Part shown: piece by piece, positions 36,438-37,157 of the stretch | Layout of the letters: every line of letters starts with the position of its first letter | How positions within the stretch are numbered: the stretch's first letter is position 1 | Assembly: GCA_947628365.1 (NCBI GenBank) | Contig: CANQZN010000002.1 | Location: 1 to 37,157, forward strand | Origin: an uncultured Bacilli bacterium | GTDB lineage: Bacteria > Bacillota_I > Bacilli_A > RF39 > UBA660 | Direction of reading: 5' to 3' | Length of the DNA stretch: 37,157 bases | The notes under the pieces: generated by a model | Databases searched by the model: none | The model's input: only the letters and a program-made list of their open reading frames with translations | Told to the model about the DNA's origin: nothing | Program-made: the position numbers and the translations under genes

Positions 36438-37109
36438 ATGAAAAATAAAACTACCAAAATATTATTAATAATATCTATGGTTATAATTTTGATAGGAGTA
36501 GTTGGTTGGTTTGGTGTTAATTCCCTAATAGATGAGTCTGATAATGTCACGCTTTTATTTAGTTTAATGGGATCAGTGGCATTACGACTATTAATAGTAG
36601 TATTGGCGTTTGGTTTAATTGCCCTTATGTGGCTTGTGTATGGGATAGTTATTTTATTTAAGAAAAATAAAAGTAATGGAACAAAATTTGCAAACCCTAG
36701 TAGTATAATTATTTTCTTAATTTTAATTATGTTAATTTTATCACCATTATTTTCATTATTTACTACTAAAAATGAAGAATATGTAAAAAATAAATATGAC
36801 TATAATATTAAATATCAAGATAATGCAATGACTTATAATATTTATAAAATGGATAATAGAGTTGTAGTTTATAGTGAAGATCAAGTACAATGTATAAAAG
36901 CGCCTTGTCCAGCAATAAAGGGAAATTATGAAATCAAATTTTCCGATAGTCATATGAAAATTGTTAATGATTTTATTGATAGTTTCTTTGAAGATAGTAA
37001 ATATAATTCTATTCAAGTGTATAGTGATAATTTAAATGATGAACAAAATAATATTTTAAAAAGTATTATTTATAATGATGAAAAAGAGTTAAGTAATGTT
37101 GTGAGTTAA
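36438..37109 (+). CDS. Hypothetical polytopic membrane protein with a C-terminal soluble domain
   Basis: 223 aa with RBS GGAGG. There are about four hydrophobic helices, then a domain of about 110 aa containing CIKAPCP. Confidence 0.6.
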   Translation: MKNKTTKILLIISMVIILIGVVGWFGVNSLIDESDNVTLLFSLMGSVALRLLIVVLAFGLIALMWLVYGIVILFKKNKSNGTKFANPSSIIIFLILIMLILSPLFSLFTTKNEEYVKNKYDYNIKYQDNAMTYNIYKMDNRVVVYSEDQVQCIKAPCPAIKGNYEIKFSDSHMKIVNDFIDSFFEDSKYNSIQVYSDNLNDEQNNILKSIIYNDEKELSNVVS

Positions 37110-37121
37110 CAACATTTTTTT
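37095..37121 (+). terminator. Weak rho-independent terminator
   Basis: Stem AATGTTG/CAACATT with an 8-nt loop containing the stop codon, followed by T7. Confidence 0.45.
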
Positions 37122-37130
37122 AATTAAAAC

Positions 37131-37157
37131 TTGACACCGGGGGGGGTAATATATAAT
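37131..37157 (+). promoter_or_regulatory. Promoter-like element with a G8 tract in the spacer
   Basis: TTGACA (37131-37136), then cc-GGGGGGGG-taata, then TATAAT (37152-37157). The spacer is 15 nt as sequenced. The target gene lies beyond the window end. Confidence 0.5.

Noticed and set aside
1-37157. CRISPR arrays, tRNA or rRNA genes, riboswitches, and long direct or inverted repeats.
   Set aside because: - Intergenic regions are short, mostly under 220 nt, and AT-rich.
- They are accounted for by promoters, RBSs and terminator hairpins.
- No GC-rich structured segment or regularly spaced repeat was seen.

Overview
The window is very AT-rich (roughly 25-30% GC by eye) chromosomal DNA from a cell-walled Bacillota organism. 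Gene order follows the Bacilli pattern, which may indicate an Erysipelotrichales-like lineage, though this cannot be confirmed without a search. I support 36 coding regions. No rRNA, tRNA, CRISPR array, transposase or integrase is visible.

Layout:
1. 111-10714: a ten-gene, tightly coupled Wzx/Wzy-type polysaccharide locus. It encodes a small PglC-like initiating phosphoglycosyl transferase, two GT4 glycosyltransferases, a radical-SAM/SPASM enzyme, Wzx, a DUF6625-like putative glycosyltransferase, Wzy, a TupA-like ATP-grasp enzyme, a hexapeptide acetyltransferase carrying a G8 tract, and Ugd.
2. 10807-15573: an accessory stretch. It holds an orphan protein, a VanZ-like protein, a Tyr/Asn/Pro-rich mini-protein, and a minus-strand sortase plus an 819-aa thioester-domain/Cna-B adhesin with a non-canonical VPKTS sorting signal.
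3. 15790-24393: the heat-shock block. It contains a ClpC-like ATPase with a catalytically degenerate second AAA+ module, then a CIRCE-controlled hrcA-grpE-dnaK operon, with pepF inserted before dnaJ.
4. 24472-26454: two membrane-anchored unknowns sitting where prmA-rsmE normally lie, followed by mtaB.
5. 27741-32223: the lexA neighbourhood. Here lexA faces an unannotated 47-aa transmembrane ORF across two SOS-box-like palindromes. Downstream are a UgtP-like glycolipid synthase, a full-length transketolase homologue with its catalytic motifs replaced, and a SirA-like protein.
6. 32248-37109: a DUF45 HExxH protein coupled to a second HExxH unknown, a TrmH-family methyltransferase, rimM and trmD, then two unknowns where rplS is expected.

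The window ends in a promoter-like element with a G8 tract in its spacer. All family assignments come from motifs read in the supplied translations and from recalled reference sequences. No database search was run.
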